This document shows, piece by piece, positions 62,036 to 64,000 of a stretch of DNA of 64,000 nt (the first letter of the stretch is position 1; every line of letters starts with the position of its first letter). The notes below the pieces were generated by a model, which was not told the origin of the DNA, ran no database searches, and saw only the letters and a list, made by a program, of their open reading frames with translations. The stretch comes from Minisyncoccota bacterium (GTDB lineage: Bacteria > Patescibacteriota > Minisyncoccia > Phycocordibacterales > Phycocordibacteraceae), in contig JAGORR010000001.1 in assembly GCA_018062765.1 (NCBI GenBank), forward strand, positions 78,638-142,637. The letters run 5' to 3'. The translations under genes and the position numbers were made by a program.

Positions 62036-64000
62036 ATGAACCGTGATTACCCGCTTGAGAGAGTGCGCAACTTCGGCATCATCGCCCACATCGACGCGGG
62101 CAAGACCACCACGTCCGAGCGCGTGCTCTTCTACACGGGCTCCCAGCACAAGATCGGCGAGGTCCATGAGGGCGAGACTACGACCGACTGGATGGAACAG
62201 GAGCGCGAGCGCGGCATCACCATCACCGCAGCCGCCATCACCTGCTTCTGGAACAAGACGGATGCTACGTCGGAGGATACCAAGGTTCGCTTCAACGTCA
62301 TCGACACCCCAGGACACATCGACTTCACCGTGGAGGTGAAGCGCTCTATGCGCGTGCTGGACGGCGCGGTCGTCGTGTTCGACGGCGTTGCGGGCGTCGA
62401 GCCACAGTCTGAAACGAACTGGCGTTACGCGGACGAGGCGAATGTGCCGCGTCTCTGCTTCATCAACAAGCTCGATCGTACGGGTGCGTCATTCGAGCGC
62501 TCCTACGCATCTATCCTCGACAGACTTTCTAAGAAAGCCGTGCGCGTGCAGATACCTATCGGCGAGGAAGGGGAGCATGAGGGTGTCGTCGACCTCCTCA
62601 AGATGAAGGCGTTCCGTTTCGAGGGCGAGATGGGCTCGAAAGTCATCGAGGGAGAGATTCCCGAGAATCTGCTTGCGGACGCGAAGAAGTACCGTGCAGA
62701 GCTCATCGAGCGCATCGTCGAGCACGATGATGCGGCTATGAGCGCGTATCTAGAAGGCACCGAGCCGTCGTTTGAGGACCTGAAGAAGATTCTCCGTAAG
62801 GCGGTTATCGCAAACGCGATATTCCCGGTCTACACTGGTTCTGCCCTCAAGAACAAAGGTGTGCAGCTTGTTCTCGACGGCGTCGTCGACTACCTGCCTT
62901 CTCCTCTCGATATGCCGGAGATTAAGGGCATCAATCCAAAGACGGGTGAGGAGATTACCCGCAAGGCCTCAGACGAGGAGCCGTTTACCGCGCTCGCTTT
63001 CAAGCTCCAGGCCGACCCATTCGTGGGAGCGCTTACGTTCTTCCGCGTGTACGCAGGCTCTCTGGAGTCCGGTTCGTACGTCTACAACTCTTCTACGGGT
63101 ACGAAGGAGCGCGTCGGCCGTATCGTGCGCCTCCAGGCTGACAAGCGCGAGGAAGTGAAGAAGGTGTTCGCAGGAGAGATTGCTGCAGCCGTCGGGCTTA
63201 AGGACACCAAGACGTCGCACACCCTGTGCGACGAGGCAAATCCGATAATCCTCGAGACCATCAAGTTCCCAGAGCCAGTGGTGTCGCTTCGCATTGAGCC
63301 TGCGACGAAGGTTGACCAGGAGAAGATGGGTATGGCGCTCAAGAAGCTCGCGGACGAGGACCCTACCTTCCGCATCACCTCGGACGATGAGACGGGAGAG
63401 ACGATTATCGCCGGCATGGGTGAGCTCCACCTTGAGATTCTCGTCGACCGTATGAAGCGCGAATTCAACGTGAGCGCGAACGTCGGCAAGCCACAGGTCG
63501 CCTACCGCGAGACCATACAGGCGGCTGCGGACGCAGATCACAAGTACATCAAGCAGACCGGCGGTAAGGGTCAGTACGGTCACGTGAAGATCAAGATGAA
63601 GCACCTCGAGCCGCTTGAGGAGGGCGCGAAGATTGCGAAGAACGTCACCCGCGAGGACCACTTCGAGTTCATTAACTCGATCAAGGGAGGTGTCATCCCC
63701 CAGGAATACATTCCAGCGGTGGAAAAGGGTATTCGCGAAGCAATGGACCGAGGTATTCTCGCCGGCTTCCCGGTCGTAGATATCTCAATAGACCTCTACG
63801 ACGGCTCCTTCCACGAGGTGGACTCCTCGGAAATCGCCTTCAAGATTGCTGCATCTATGGCCTTCAAGGAGGCGGCGCAGAAAGCTCGCCCCGTTATCCT
63901 CGAGCCAATCATGAAGGTCGAGGTCGTCGTCCCAGAGCAGTTCATGGGCGATATCACAGGCTCTCTTTCAGGGAAGCGTGGCGCTATCGAAGGTATGGAG
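62036..64000 (+). CDS. fusA: Elongation factor G, 5' portion only (runs off the right edge).
   Basis: [35 protein letters not shown]... The frame is open to position 64000, with no stop in the window. Confidence 0.9.
   Translation, partial: MNRDYPLERVRNFGIIAHIDAGKTTTSERVLFYTGSQHKIGEVHEGETTTDWMEQERERGITITAAAITCFWNKTDATSEDTKVRFNVIDTPGHIDFTVEVKRSMRVLDGAVVVFDGVAGVEPQSETNWRYADEANVPRLCFINKLDRTGASFERSYASILDRLSKKAVRVQIPIGEEGEHEGVVDLLKMKAFRFEGEMGSKVIEGEIPENLLADAKKYRAELIERIVEHDDAAMSAYLEGTEPSFEDLKKILRKAVIANAIFPVYTGSALKNKGVQLVLDGVVDYLPSPLDMPEIKGINPKTGEEITRKASDEEPFTALAFKLQADPFVGALTFFRVYAGSLESGSYVYNSSTGTKERVGRIVRLQADKREEVKKVFAGEIAAAVGLKDTKTSHTLCDEANPIILETIKFPEPVVSLRIEPATKVDQEKMGMALKKLADEDPTFRITSDDETGETIIAGMGELHLEILVDRMKREFNVSANVGKPQVAYRETIQAAADADHKYIKQTGGKGQYGHVKIKMKHLEPLEEGAKIAKNVTREDHFEFINSIKGGVIPQEYIPAVEKGIREAMDRGILAGFPVVDISIDLYDGSFHEVDSSEIAFKIAASMAFKEAAQKARPVILEPIMKVEVVVPEQFMGDITGSLSGKRGAIEGME

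Overview
This 64-kb window is high-GC (about 60%) bacterial sequence with tightly packed, often overlapping genes. Most start codons lack a Shine-Dalgarno sequence.

Main contents:
- Positions 1-11364, minus strand: a type IV secretion (T4SS)-like operon with a monoderm (PrgH-PrgI-PrgJ-like) layout. It holds a VirB4-type ATPase split into two ORFs, a PrgI/VirB3-like protein, a polytopic VirB6-like protein, a pilin-topology protein and several secreted or membrane proteins. It runs off the left edge.
- Housekeeping genes: rsmA, uvrD/pcrA, an M23/LysM peptidase, comM, a dksA-like gene, rpsO, xerC/D, xth, cca, hup, rny, clpP, ppa, nusA, a NUDIX hydrolase, tpiA, pgk, a HIT hydrolase, recJ, an RNase HI-like gene, sod, rpmB, an M50 protease, rpsL, rpsG and the 5' two-thirds of fusA.
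- A type IV pilus/competence-pilus cluster: pilB, pilC and three pilin-like genes. There is also a ComEC pair split by sod on the opposite strand, and an RTX-repeat protein.
- A lower-GC accessory segment of about 2.5 kb (26.0-28.6 kb) with tRNA-Arg, tRNA-Gly, an NYN nuclease with an inserted zinc ribbon, and an IS1595-family transposase. A YraN-like gene, tRNA-Pro and a minus-strand tRNA-Gly(TCC) lie nearby.
- Two tandem paralogous exported proteins with a peptidoglycan-binding domain followed by extremely acidic Asp/Glu repeat regions.

Non-coding signals that stand out:
1. A family of 7-bp-periodic tandem repeats recurs in at least nine intergenic spots. One type is (TACAGCG/CTATACG)n and the other is (AGCTANN)4. 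They sit mostly just upstream of pilus, T4SS and membrane genes, or abut stop codons.
2. Three tRNA genes are each followed 110-190 nt downstream by a 19-20 nt direct repeat of their own 3' end.
3. A TAAAGGACA/TGTCCTTTA palindromic motif recurs at the edges of the accessory segment.
4. There is a promoter-plus-structured-RNA candidate at 26.09-26.7 kb.

Hand-located RNA, repeat and terminator coordinates are accurate to about +/-1-2 nt. CDS coordinates are anchored on the supplied ORF track, with several N-termini trimmed to the conserved start.
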